A DNA stretch of 64,000 nucleotides from a virus. Positions 17,383 through 26,582 of this stretch are shown one piece after another. Position numbers and translations under genes: made by a program. The number at the start of each line of letters is the position of its first letter. The first letter of the stretch is position 1. A model generated the notes under the pieces. It did no database searches and had not been told where the DNA came from. It worked only from the letters and a program-made list of their open reading frames with translations. The stretch lies in IMG/VR virus record IMGVR_UViG_3300008952_000004, positions 96,001-160,000 of that record; one strand, given 5' to 3'.

Positions 17383-20300
17383 ATGAGTTTTGAAGACGGA
17401 ATGCTCGGCGCCGCCGAAACAGTAGAAGCACAAGCCCGAGAAGCCAAATCAGACGCCGCAGCGGCTGCAAAAGAACCCTCGCCTCTGACTGCCAGTCAGC
17501 AAGCGGTGGCAAACGAAAATACAGTTTACCTTGGCGGCGACGGGAATACCGCCGAGGACGGGCAAAAAATAGCAAGATTCAATCAGCAGTGTTTTTTGAT
17601 TGATTACATGGATATTTTTAAATATCAAGCGCCTAAAGAATATTCTCACCTCACTGTTTTTGCTGACGGCGATCCCAATAAACTCATTCGATATTTGACT
17701 GGTGAATCAGGTTTGAGAACATTTATGCATTTAACTCCAGTTCAAATTGCAGCATTGATACCGACTGTTAAAATCTGGATCGTAAAATCTTCAGGTGCTG
17801 GCAATGAAAACTTGTCAAAAGCTGCCGCCGTACCGTTATATTTTTCGACAAATTACGAAACATCTGGCGTAGAAGCTATATTAAAAGGCACGGCACCACG
17901 AGGCACCGGGGTGGTACTTGAAGAAGTATATTATTCTTTGGACGGGGCAAAGGCTGGCAGCGCAGCGCAAGTCAATGAAGATTATAAGGTCACTTTAAAA
18001 TTTAAGGCAGAATCAATGGCAGCGTTGGATCATAGACCGCAAGGACAAAATGCCACTTTGATGGATCTTTTGGCAGGCGAGCCACTGTCAGCACTTGGCA
18101 GTGCAAAAGCGGTAGGTCAACACACTCGCATTAGGGTTCAGATGGGCTGGGCGACCGGCGAAGCAGGCAAAAATAAATTAACAGGAATACAAAAAAGTGC
18201 CGTTCTCGGCACGTGCATTCGGTTACTTCTGTTCAAGGCAGCTATTCCCCAGATCGATTTGATGGAGGATGGCACTGTACAAGTTGTTCAAGAATTTTTT
18301 GCACAGACAGAGCCAGATCCAGAAAGAGATGCAGATATACTTGGCGGTCACGTTAAGGATCAGGACAATTCTAGGGTTAAAACTCATGTTGAAGAGCAGC
18401 GTGTCCATCGAGCCACTACCAACGCCGCTCTTGGTACTCTGAAGAAAGAACTCGAAGCCAACGGTATCGAGCCAGGAGCGATTTTTCAAAATCAAGGGGA
18501 TGATCTTTTCTCTCAAGCATTTGGCGACAATTCCGAAAAGCTAAATCCGGTTGACTGGCAAAAGAAGATTGCACAAGCTAAGGGGATCAATTACCCCAAG
18601 GACTGGCAGGGGCAGAAGATGGGACTCAGGAGTGCCACAACCGCAGTTGCAGAGCTTCAAGCGAAGTGGGCAGAGGCAAAAGCACAAGAAAATATACAAA
18701 CACAGAGCATACTTCATGCCCGCTACACGAAGATGTTTACGGATCTCTTGGATAACGAGGAGGTTATGTCCGTTCAAGTACCAAAATCGATGCTCGGGGT
18801 TGGTGGTACATCAAGCTCGATTTTAAACGAGAAGGGTCACAGAGTTACCACGGGTATTAAAGAACAGGTGGGCGTTGCTCTCAATAACATAAAAAACTAT
18901 TGGGGTGAAATGCTCACAGGCAAACCCGGCGTCACATTCGAAAACACATCAACACAACAGAAGTATGGCAATCGTGCCGAACTCAGTGCCGTTCATGAAT
19001 ACAGATTGAATAGGCTTAAATTGTTCACTGGCGGCTCCCATTCTGTGAAAGAGCTGGATGACGTGAAAAAGGGTATTTCCAAAATGTCTACCAAAGATGC
19101 AGATACGCAAAAAATCAGTCAAGACAACATCTTGCGATCGCTCGCCTCCAATAGAGATGGCAATAAGGAGCAAGCTGCCAAGGGCAATATCACCATACAG
19201 GGTGGACTCCAAATCAATCCAGGCTTTTTACCAATGGATCCTTCAGGTGAGACGGTGAAAGTACACTATACGTACTTCGGTGCTCTTGTCAATTCGGCTT
19301 TGCGATTAACGGGTCATGACAGTATCCCACCAAAAGCGCGTATTTTGTTGGGAACATATACGTGGTCCCGTCCCGGTTCTAAGAATGCCGAGACTTTTCC
19401 ATTGGCTGACTTTCCTGTTTCTATGGACCTTTTTCGAGCTTGGTTGGTTAAAACTGTGGTGGCACCCGCCAAGTCATCTCTCGCTCTTAAAGACTATTTG
19501 GAATCGATGATTGAAACTTTGGTGCATGGTATGTTACAGCAAGGTAATTCCGGGTGCTTTGGTGGGAACGATCCGGCAAACCGCACACATACAAAATGGG
19601 ATACGTTTGAGGCACCATCGTCTGCCAAGGGAAGAGATAGACTTCCAAGGGGCAGAGTTACTGTTGAAACTGTTTCCGGGCTTATGATGAAACCATTGCC
19701 GGTTGAAGCTGTTCATCATCCTGGCTACGGCTCACGAAATTATATTTTGTTGCATGCAACTAATGAAAAGGCAAGCGAACAGTTTGGTGTAAGCGAAGCG
19801 GCAGATGATAAGAAAGGGTGTTATTGGCTCAGCGTCGGGCTAGCCACTGGTCCAATTAAAGAATTTAAATTTGAAAGATTAGAAGAAACACGCGATGAAT
19901 ATTTCAACTATATGGAGTCTAAAGAAGGCGGTAACGTAAAAGTATCTGACGCAAGAAAAAACCTGCTTCAGCAGAAGGACCTTCAACAAATGTACAAGGC
20001 ACAGGTTCAAATACTAGGGAACTCAGTTCTTAAAATAAATGGCGATGTGTTTGTCAATATTAACGGTATTGGCGCAGCCAAGGATCACTCCATAGCAAGA
20101 GGCTTGGGCTTCGGCGGTACATATAAAGTAATTAAAAAAGAGGGAAAAATAGATTCTACTGGCTGGTGGGAGGACGTTGAGTGTTATCCCACTCCAATGC
20201 ATGAGGCGCATAATAGACAGAACAGACTTGAGTATTGGGGAAAGCGACGAAGCGTCTTTGAGAAAAAACCAGAGGATATGACCCCTGAAGAACTTGCAGC

Positions 20301-20757
20301 ATTTACCAAAGAAGAGATGGCGCGTGAAAAAGAACTAGAAGCAGCACAAAAAGGCGCTGGTGTTGCCAAAAGAGCAGCGGAACAGGCACTGCGAGCCAAT
20401 GAAGTCAAAGCTGCCGAGCTTCGCGATCGCAGAATAAAACTTTTCCATAGTGTATTGGAGATTCAAGGCATCGATATGCAATTGTCGGTATATCAAGAAG
20501 CAGAACAATGGTTTGCACAAGAAGGCAATAAATCGAAGCAGGATTGGGATGCATTTATGGCATATTTGCAGTCCCGAGATGAGAACATGTTCCCTTTCGA
20601 AGGTACCAGCTTGCTGTTGAAAGATGAATTCACCTATGGTGGTAAAATCAGTTTGTCTGCTTATTGGAATGAAACTGACTTGGCAGAAGCAGAAGAATTC
20701 ATGGCGTCAGATGCCATCACCGGCAACAACTGGATCCTCGCGACGCAGACATTTTAA
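17383..20757 (+). CDS. Large baseplate hub-like protein
   Basis: Follows the LysM gene; late segment 'Y.AQVQILGNSVLK..GDVFVN.....GFGGTYKVIK.EGKID..GW' resembles the hub C-terminal barrel; 1124 aa. Confidence 0.55.
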   Translation: MSFEDGMLGAAETVEAQAREAKSDAAAAAKEPSPLTASQQAVANENTVYLGGDGNTAEDGQKIARFNQQCFLIDYMDIFKYQAPKEYSHLTVFADGDPNKLIRYLTGESGLRTFMHLTPVQIAALIPTVKIWIVKSSGAGNENLSKAAAVPLYFSTNYETSGVEAILKGTAPRGTGVVLEEVYYSLDGAKAGSAAQVNEDYKVTLKFKAESMAALDHRPQGQNATLMDLLAGEPLSALGSAKAVGQHTRIRVQMGWATGEAGKNKLTGIQKSAVLGTCIRLLLFKAAIPQIDLMEDGTVQVVQEFFAQTEPDPERDADILGGHVKDQDNSRVKTHVEEQRVHRATTNAALGTLKKELEANGIEPGAIFQNQGDDLFSQAFGDNSEKLNPVDWQKKIAQAKGINYPKDWQGQKMGLRSATTAVAELQAKWAEAKAQENIQTQSILHARYTKMFTDLLDNEEVMSVQVPKSMLGVGGTSSSILNEKGHRVTTGIKEQVGVALNNIKNYWGEMLTGKPGVTFENTSTQQKYGNRAELSAVHEYRLNRLKLFTGGSHSVKELDDVKKGISKMSTKDADTQKISQDNILRSLASNRDGNKEQAAKGNITIQGGLQINPGFLPMDPSGETVKVHYTYFGALVNSALRLTGHDSIPPKARILLGTYTWSRPGSKNAETFPLADFPVSMDLFRAWLVKTVVAPAKSSLALKDYLESMIETLVHGMLQQGNSGCFGGNDPANRTHTKWDTFEAPSSAKGRDRLPRGRVTVETVSGLMMKPLPVEAVHHPGYGSRNYILLHATNEKASEQFGVSEAADDKKGCYWLSVGLATGPIKEFKFERLEETRDEYFNYMESKEGGNVKVSDARKNLLQQKDLQQMYKAQVQILGNSVLKINGDVFVNINGIGAAKDHSIARGLGFGGTYKVIKKEGKIDSTGWWEDVECYPTPMHEAHNRQNRLEYWGKRRSVFEKKPEDMTPEELAAFTKEEMAREKELEAAQKGAGVAKRAAEQALRANEVKAAELRDRRIKLFHSVLEIQGIDMQLSVYQEAEQWFAQEGNKSKQDWDAFMAYLQSRDENMFPFEGTSLLLKDEFTYGGKISLSAYWNETDLAEAEEFMASDAITGNNWILATQTF

Positions 20758-20784
20758 AGAGATATCACTTGAAAGGAGTAAGAA

Positions 20785-21996
20785 ATGTCAGATATCGGTG
20801 ATTTAATAAAACAATATGCAACAGCAACCAACGCGGGTAATCATAACACTCTTGAAACATTTCTCAAGCGCGATTTTTGGGCAGCAGTTGTACCCCAATT
20901 GGGCGCACCCCTAGAACAGACTATAAATTATTGGACCCAAACCGGTGCCCTTCACGGCAAAACCTCTCCAATTGGGGATTTGTGTTATTTGTCAGAAACG
21001 AACCTGAAGCAGTTTTCCTCTCCACTCCACAAATCACAGGAAGTTGTTATGGGGGTCGATTTTGTCGTCGATGCTTTTTTAGAACTTCAGACACATTTTA
21101 TGAAAGCCCATGGACTTAAAAAGCTTAACCCCAAAGGTATATCAGCGATTCGCAATCTGGTGCCCAAAGTGGGGTGGACAAGTTTCATTAAGGGACACAA
21201 CGAACATTTAGTCTCTTTATATGATATATTTGTTACAAAACGACTCAAGGTCGATCGAAGGCATCATAAAATAAAAAATTTAGATACCTACATAAAAGAA
21301 CTCTTAGAATTTTTAATACGTTCAAGAGGATTATCTTTTATGACTATGAGTGCATATGCAACATCAAAAATTTGCCCAAACGATGTTGGCGGGTTAAAGG
21401 TGGAAATAGCAAAACTTCCAAAATATGCCGACGCTATAAAGGTAGAATGGCTACAGGATCCAAATTATAATTTTTATAAGTCTTCAGCTCAAAATCATGG
21501 GTTTATGATAGATTATAACGCTCCCTGGAGTTTAACAGCAGACATTAGGCACCCTGTAATGAGAAAACATATGGAAACTTATGGAATCATTCCGGAAACT
21601 CTTTTTGAAGAATATTACCACAACACTTCTGGATTTAATGACTTTGCAAATCTGAAAGAGTTTATTATGAGTTCATATAATGTTTATATAGAATCTTACC
21701 CAACATACCAAGAATATGAGTTATGTGCCCGTGGTGAAAATCAGAAAAGAACGATAGTAAAAAATACGTACCGCCAGCGTTTAGATCTTTTTCACCCCAA
21801 TCAGATGTATGATGACGCATACTGGTTAGAATTATATTATTTTGTGAGGCTAACTGAGATGCAGGTTAAAAAAAGCAATGCGACGTTTAATAACGATGTA
21901 AAGAAAATAATGCAAATTTATAACTATAAAGGGCTTGACAATGCTTTAAAATATGTTACTATGATACTAAAGAACACTAGAACAAAGACGTTATAG
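20785..21996 (+). CDS. Hypothetical protein at the end of the tail operon
   Basis: 403-aa ORF, Tyr/Phe-rich; no motif recognised. Confidence 0.6.
   Translation: MSDIGDLIKQYATATNAGNHNTLETFLKRDFWAAVVPQLGAPLEQTINYWTQTGALHGKTSPIGDLCYLSETNLKQFSSPLHKSQEVVMGVDFVVDAFLELQTHFMKAHGLKKLNPKGISAIRNLVPKVGWTSFIKGHNEHLVSLYDIFVTKRLKVDRRHHKIKNLDTYIKELLEFLIRSRGLSFMTMSAYATSKICPNDVGGLKVEIAKLPKYADAIKVEWLQDPNYNFYKSSAQNHGFMIDYNAPWSLTADIRHPVMRKHMETYGIIPETLFEEYYHNTSGFNDFANLKEFIMSSYNVYIESYPTYQEYELCARGENQKRTIVKNTYRQRLDLFHPNQMYDDAYWLELYYFVRLTEMQVKKSNATFNNDVKKIMQIYNYKGLDNALKYVTMILKNTRTKTL
21935..21962 (+). promoter_or_regulatory. sigma70-type promoter
   Basis: TTGACA-N16-TACTAT with extended -10 TG, upstream of the polA-like gene. 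Confidence 0.7.
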
Positions 21997-22003
21997 AGGT
22001 AAT

Positions 22004-23197
22004 TTGTTTTTTCAACCGTTAGATACTAAAAAAGAGTGCGCTGGTATATATGCCGATGGTAAAATACACAATGACAGCATACCTGTAGGCTTGACCGCAA
22101 CGTGGAAATATAGTTCTCATCTCGATTTGCCTTCTGTGGAGTATGCCAACTTGTATTGCGGCGGCAAATCAATAGCAGAAGTAGTACCAGATTCAAAGAG
22201 GGACAATTGGGAGCTTTTGAACAATAAGTTGCAGGCATACCTCCGAGCTTGCAATACCGCAAAGGTTGATTTAGAAGAAAACTGTTTTTTTGACATTGTG
22301 CCTGAAAAATTCTTATTGCAATATTGTGAAATGAGGAATGACGTTACTAAACACGTTATATTGAACAACAAGAAGCCCGCGAATTATGATTTCTTGTTAG
22401 AGTTAGTTAAGTTTTTATCAAAACTTAGGCACCAACACCTTAAACTTGATCTTACACCGCTCTCAAAGCTCGTGGCGCTGCCCCGTACACGCATTTTATA
22501 TAAGCGCCTTATGAAAAGATCGAGTCACTATATTGAATACGACCCGTTCAAATCTAAGACCGGTCGACTTACAACAACAAAATTAAGTTTTCCTATATTG
22601 ACATTAGATAGGAATTATCGCTCTATAATAAAACCACAGAATGATTTTTTTGTTGAGTTGGATTTTAATGCCGCAGAGCTTCGCACACTGCTGGCGCTCT
22701 CTGGCAGAGAACAACCAAAAACGGATATTCATGATTGGAACGCAAAAAATATATACCGTTCAAGCGTCCTGTCACGTGACGCTGCCAAGAAAAGAATATT
22801 TGCTTGGTTATACAATCCAAACTCTAAGGATTTCCTTCCTTCAGACGTATATGATCGAGAGAAAGTCTTGGTAAAATACTTTGACGGTAGTACAGTGACC
22901 ACTGTATTTGATAGAAACATTCCAGCCGACAATCATCATGCCTTAAATTATATTATTCAGAGTACTACAAGCGATTTGTTCTTAAAAAGAGCGCTAGAAA
23001 TTGATAAAATACTATGTAGTCAAAGCTCAAATATAGCTTTTTTACTGCACGACTCGTTGGTAATTGATTTTGCAAAGAAAGATATGGGTTTATTGAACAA
23101 CATTATAAACACGTTTAGTGACACGGATTTAGGCTCATATGTTACAAATGTTTCAGTGGGTCGCGATTATGGGAATATGAAGAGGTATAATAAATGA
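22004..23197 (+). CDS. polA: Minimal family A DNA polymerase domain (no exonuclease domains recognisable)
   Basis: 'KTGRLT', motif A 'ELDFNAAELR', motif B 'RDAAKKRIFAWLY', 'LNYIIQSTTSDL', motif C 'LLHDSLV'; TTG start. Confidence 0.8.
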   Translation: MFFQPLDTKKECAGIYADGKIHNDSIPVGLTATWKYSSHLDLPSVEYANLYCGGKSIAEVVPDSKRDNWELLNNKLQAYLRACNTAKVDLEENCFFDIVPEKFLLQYCEMRNDVTKHVILNNKKPANYDFLLELVKFLSKLRHQHLKLDLTPLSKLVALPRTRILYKRLMKRSSHYIEYDPFKSKTGRLTTTKLSFPILTLDRNYRSIIKPQNDFFVELDFNAAELRTLLALSGREQPKTDIHDWNAKNIYRSSVLSRDAAKKRIFAWLYNPNSKDFLPSDVYDREKVLVKYFDGSTVTTVFDRNIPADNHHALNYIIQSTTSDLFLKRALEIDKILCSQSSNIAFLLHDSLVIDFAKKDMGLLNNIINTFSDTDLGSYVTNVSVGRDYGNMKRYNK

Positions 23198-24030
23198 GCG
23201 GTGTCATAGGCTTAGGATCATTTGCTTGTGAATTAGCGAATGAGTTTAAAAAATATCCCCAATATGAGGTATATAATATCTTGGTTGGAACAAAAAAAAT
23301 ATATAGAAAGCGGGCACATATCCCTCCACAGTCAACACCGGAAAAATATGAAGAAAATTGCCCGTCTTTTAAAAAACTTTTTAAAACAAATCTTCCGGAA
23401 GAAGTATTGTTTGTTGTCGACGGCACCGAGCTTGTTTCGGCAGCATCTTTAAGAATCTTATCGGAAATCAAAGACCATAAAATAACTGTTTTATATCTCA
23501 ATTCGGCATCGCGAGCACTTTCAGAAGAACAAATTTTGAATGCCCGCGCTATTCGTGGGATACTTCAAGAGTATGCAAGGTCAGGGGTTTTTGAAAAAAT
23601 AATATTTGTTGACCTTGAACTGGTTGGTACCATATTACCAGAGACAACAATTAAAAGTTATTATTCTAAGATTCGTGAAATGGTTGTATCGACGTTGCAC
23701 ATGATCGAGGTGCTTTCGAGATCAAAAAGTGTGTTGGGAAATTTATCACCACCTCACGAGACATCTCGGGTGGTGACGATAGGAATAAAAGATTTCGAAA
23801 CTGGCAAAGAAAATATGTTTTTTCCGCTTGACTTTCCGAGAGAAAAGTGTTATTTTTATGCAATCGGGAAAGAAAAGATAGAAACCGACACAACGCTTAT
23901 GAAGAAGATTAAGGAACAAGCAGAGCAAGAAAAGACCACTCAGGTGAAACGCTCATATGGTGTCTATTCTACAGACTATGAAGATGATTACGTTTATGTT
24001 GTATATCGAGCTTCGGCTATACAAAAATAA
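23194..24030 (+). CDS. Divergent tubulin/FtsZ-like protein
   Basis: N-terminal 'VIGLGSFACELA' resembles the tubulin T1 loop; alternating beta/alpha Rossmann pattern; 'IIFVD'; no GGGTGSG signature. ATGA overlap with polA. Confidence 0.5.
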   Translation: MSGVIGLGSFACELANEFKKYPQYEVYNILVGTKKIYRKRAHIPPQSTPEKYEENCPSFKKLFKTNLPEEVLFVVDGTELVSAASLRILSEIKDHKITVLYLNSASRALSEEQILNARAIRGILQEYARSGVFEKIIFVDLELVGTILPETTIKSYYSKIREMVVSTLHMIEVLSRSKSVLGNLSPPHETSRVVTIGIKDFETGKENMFFPLDFPREKCYFYAIGKEKIETDTTLMKKIKEQAEQEKTTQVKRSYGVYSTDYEDDYVYVVYRASAIQK

Positions 24031-24038
24031 AAAAAAGC

Positions 24039-24067
24039 TTGACAAAGAGAATTTACTGTGTTACAGT
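24039..24067 (+). promoter_or_regulatory. sigma70-type promoter
   Basis: TTGACA-N17-TACAGT with extended -10 TG, upstream of the SSB gene. Confidence 0.75.
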
Positions 24068-24125
24068 ATGGATTAGAAACTTAGAAGATTAGCTGAGTTT
24101 ACTTTAACAATTAGGAGAAAAGTTA

Positions 24126-24896
24126 ATGGCAATTGATTTAAAAAAGATTCAAGAAAGAAAGTTCGCTCTTGAAAATCGAGGCGGCTCAAAACAAAAAAAT
24201 GGGTTTTGGAAGCCGCAAGATGGCGAACAAACAATTCGGATTATTCCGACGGCAGACGGGGATCCGTTTAAGGATTATTGGTTCCACTATAACGTGGGCA
24301 AGAATTCTGGTTTCCTTTGTCCGAAAAAAAACTACGGAGAGGACTGTCCTGTCTGTGAATTTGCTAGCAATCTATGGCGTGAAGGCGACGATGGAAGCAA
24401 GAAGATGGCTAAATCCCTCTTTGCGCGACAACGTTTCTTCTCTCCTGTGATGGTCCGAGGAGAAGAAGCTCAGGGGGTCCGAGTCTGGGGCTATGGAAAG
24501 ATGGCGTATGAGACGCTGCTTAACCTAGTGTTAAACCCGGAGTATGGGGATATTACCGATACTGAAGCTGGGACAGATTTGGTCATGACATATGGCAAAC
24601 CTCCCGGTGGGCAATTTCCATTAACAAAGCTCACACCAAAGCGCTCAACTTCGCAATTTTGCGAGGATGTGACACCTGAACGTTGCAAAGAAATTTTGGA
24701 TGCTATTCCAAACTTTGAAGACTTGTTTGATCGCAAGACTACTTCAGACGTTCAGGCTCTATTGGATGAATTCCTGCTTTCTGATGACGATGCCGAGTCG
24801 GCATCAACTGAGACAGTAAAATATTCTTCCACAAGCGATACAGCTTCGGAAGCGAACACTGTTTCGGATGCTTTTGATGAGCTATTAGGTAGCTAG
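24126..24896 (+). CDS. Single-stranded DNA-binding protein (T4 gp32-like)
   Basis: 'FWKPQDGEQTIRIIP', Zn ligands 'FHY...CPKK..GEDCPVC', 'W.YGK..YE.LL', 'DITD...G.D', acidic C-tail 'AFDELLGS'. Confidence 0.85.
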   Translation: MAIDLKKIQERKFALENRGGSKQKNGFWKPQDGEQTIRIIPTADGDPFKDYWFHYNVGKNSGFLCPKKNYGEDCPVCEFASNLWREGDDGSKKMAKSLFARQRFFSPVMVRGEEAQGVRVWGYGKMAYETLLNLVLNPEYGDITDTEAGTDLVMTYGKPPGGQFPLTKLTPKRSTSQFCEDVTPERCKEILDAIPNFEDLFDRKTTSDVQALLDEFLLSDDDAESASTETVKYSSTSDTASEANTVSDAFDELLGS

Positions 24897-24902
24897 TTTA
24901 TT

Positions 24903-24940
24903 ATCCCACAGGGGGGCACAGGGTTATCAGGTGTCTCGAA
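24903..24940 (+). other. Structured intergenic motif, copy 1
   Basis: ATCCCACAGGGGGGCACAGGGTTATCAGGTGTCTC; hairpin GGGGCAC/GTGTCTC with G-U pairs. Confidence 0.6.
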
Positions 24941-24965
24941 CCAATTTTATTTAAAGAGGAAAAAA

Positions 24966-25391
24966 ATGAGCAAAGCTAAAAATGGAAATAATGTCAAAGT
25001 ACATTATAAAGGAACTCTTAATGATGGTACTGTGTTCGATAGCAGTCATGACCGGGGGCAAACCTTGGATTTTGAATTGGGTTCAAAAACCCTTTTGCCT
25101 GACTTTGAGAAAGCTGTCGTAGGTATGACAGTAGGTGCCAAGAAATCTTTTAAGATTACAGAAGGTTACGGAGTATATGATCCAACAGCAGTTGTGAAAG
25201 TATCTAAAGAGGTTTTTCCGTCTGACTTCGTTTTCGAAGTTGGCACATCTGTGCAGGGAACTAGCCCAAATGGTCAAGTAGCAGTTGCTAAAATCAACTC
25301 AGTTACAGACACCGAGGTCGAATTGGATCATAACCATCCACTCGCAGGGCAAGACCTTAATTTTGAAGTTGAGTTAGTCGACATCGGTTAA
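24966..25391 (+). CDS. slyD: FKBP-type peptidyl-prolyl isomerase (SlyD/FkpB-like)
   Basis: 'VKVHYKGTL.DGTVFDSS', 'LP.FEKAVVGM.VG.KK', 'LD.NHPLAGQDLNFEVELVDI'. Confidence 0.95.
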   Translation: MSKAKNGNNVKVHYKGTLNDGTVFDSSHDRGQTLDFELGSKTLLPDFEKAVVGMTVGAKKSFKITEGYGVYDPTAVVKVSKEVFPSDFVFEVGTSVQGTSPNGQVAVAKINSVTDTEVELDHNHPLAGQDLNFEVELVDIG

Positions 25392-25396
25392 CTTTA

Positions 25397-25432
25397 ATCC
25401 CGCAGGGAGGCATGGGTTTATAGATGCCTCAA
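25397..25432 (+). other. Structured intergenic motif, copy 2
   Basis: ATCCCGCAGGGAGGCATGGGTTTATAGATGCCTC; hairpin GAGGCA/TGCCTC. Confidence 0.6.
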
Positions 25433-25454
25433 TTTACATTCATGGGAGAAGAAT

Positions 25455-26582
25455 ATGGCAAGACCGAAGTCAGGAAAAAAAACAAAAGTTGGTAAGCTGA
25501 GCATCGCTGATATGCGCTCTCTTATTAATAAGAAGGCGGGAATTAACGTTGCACACAACCTAGCAGAGAAGAACCCGACAGAGGTGAGCGATTGGATCCC
25601 TACAGGATCTCGATGGCTAGATTCTATTATTTGTCGTGGTCATCTGGCAGGGATACCAGTAGGCAAAATCACAGAAATCGCCGGATTAGAGTCGACAGGA
25701 AAATCTTTTTTAGCAGCACAGGTTGCCGCGAACGCTCAAAAAATGGGAATCGACGTAATATATTTCGATTCAGAATCAGCGATTGATCCAGAGTTTTTGG
25801 CTCGTGGTGGCTGTGATGTTGATCGAGTATTATACGTTCAGGCTCAATCAGTGGAGTTTGTATTAGAAACCATTGAAGATCTTTTGGAGACAAATGAGAA
25901 CCGGATGCTCTTTATATGGGACTCTTTAGCGCTTACACCATCCACAACAGATGTAGAGGGGGACTTCAACCCTTTGTCATCGATGGCAGTAAAGCCAAGA
26001 ATCTTATCAAAGGGAATGTCAAAGTTGACTGTTCCAATCGCGAACAGCCAATCAACATTTCTGGTTCTTAATCAGCTTAAAACAAATATCACAAGCAACA
26101 TTGCGGAAGCGCTTACGACGCCATATTTTACGCCCGGTGGAAAGGCAATGCATTATGCGTATTCACTTCGCATTTGGCTCACGGGGCGCAAGGCGAAAAA
26201 TGCATTTGTCACGGATGAGCGCGGCTTCCGTATCGGATCTGAAGTTAAAGCCAAGATTCAAAAGTCGCGCTTTGGGACGCAAGGTCGCCAAAGTGCTTTT
26301 AAAATCCTTTGGGGTGAAGAGGTCGGAGTCCAAGACGAAGAAAGTTGGCTCGAAGCAATCAAGGGATCGGATAATTTAAAAAATGCTGGTGCTTGGTATC
26401 AGTTGGTTTATGAAGACGGCTCTGTGGATAAATTTCAAAGTGCTCATTGGCTTGATAAGCTTAAAAATGAAAAATTTAAAAATAGGGTCTTACAAATAAT
26501 GGACGAAGAAGTTATACTCAAGTTTGATAAACGCACAGGAGATGCCACAGACTTTTATGGAGATGATGAAGATGAAAAATAA
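25455..26582 (+). CDS. recA: RecA/UvsX recombinase
   Basis: 'WIPTGS..LD', Walker A 'GLESTGKS', 'YFDSESAID', 'IWDSLA', 'NQL', 'TPGGKAM', 'K.K..KSRF'. Confidence 0.96.
   Translation: MARPKSGKKTKVGKLSIADMRSLINKKAGINVAHNLAEKNPTEVSDWIPTGSRWLDSIICRGHLAGIPVGKITEIAGLESTGKSFLAAQVAANAQKMGIDVIYFDSESAIDPEFLARGGCDVDRVLYVQAQSVEFVLETIEDLLETNENRMLFIWDSLALTPSTTDVEGDFNPLSSMAVKPRILSKGMSKLTVPIANSQSTFLVLNQLKTNITSNIAEALTTPYFTPGGKAMHYAYSLRIWLTGRKAKNAFVTDERGFRIGSEVKAKIQKSRFGTQGRQSAFKILWGEEVGVQDEESWLEAIKGSDNLKNAGAWYQLVYEDGSVDKFQSAHWLDKLKNEKFKNRVLQIMDEEVILKFDKRTGDATDFYGDDEDEK

Noticed and set aside
23194-24030. Nucleus-forming (PhiKZ-like) jumbo phage interpretation
   Set aside because: The morphogenesis genes are T4-like, with no chimallin or multisubunit RNAP in the window, and the tubulin-like gene lacks the GTPase signature.
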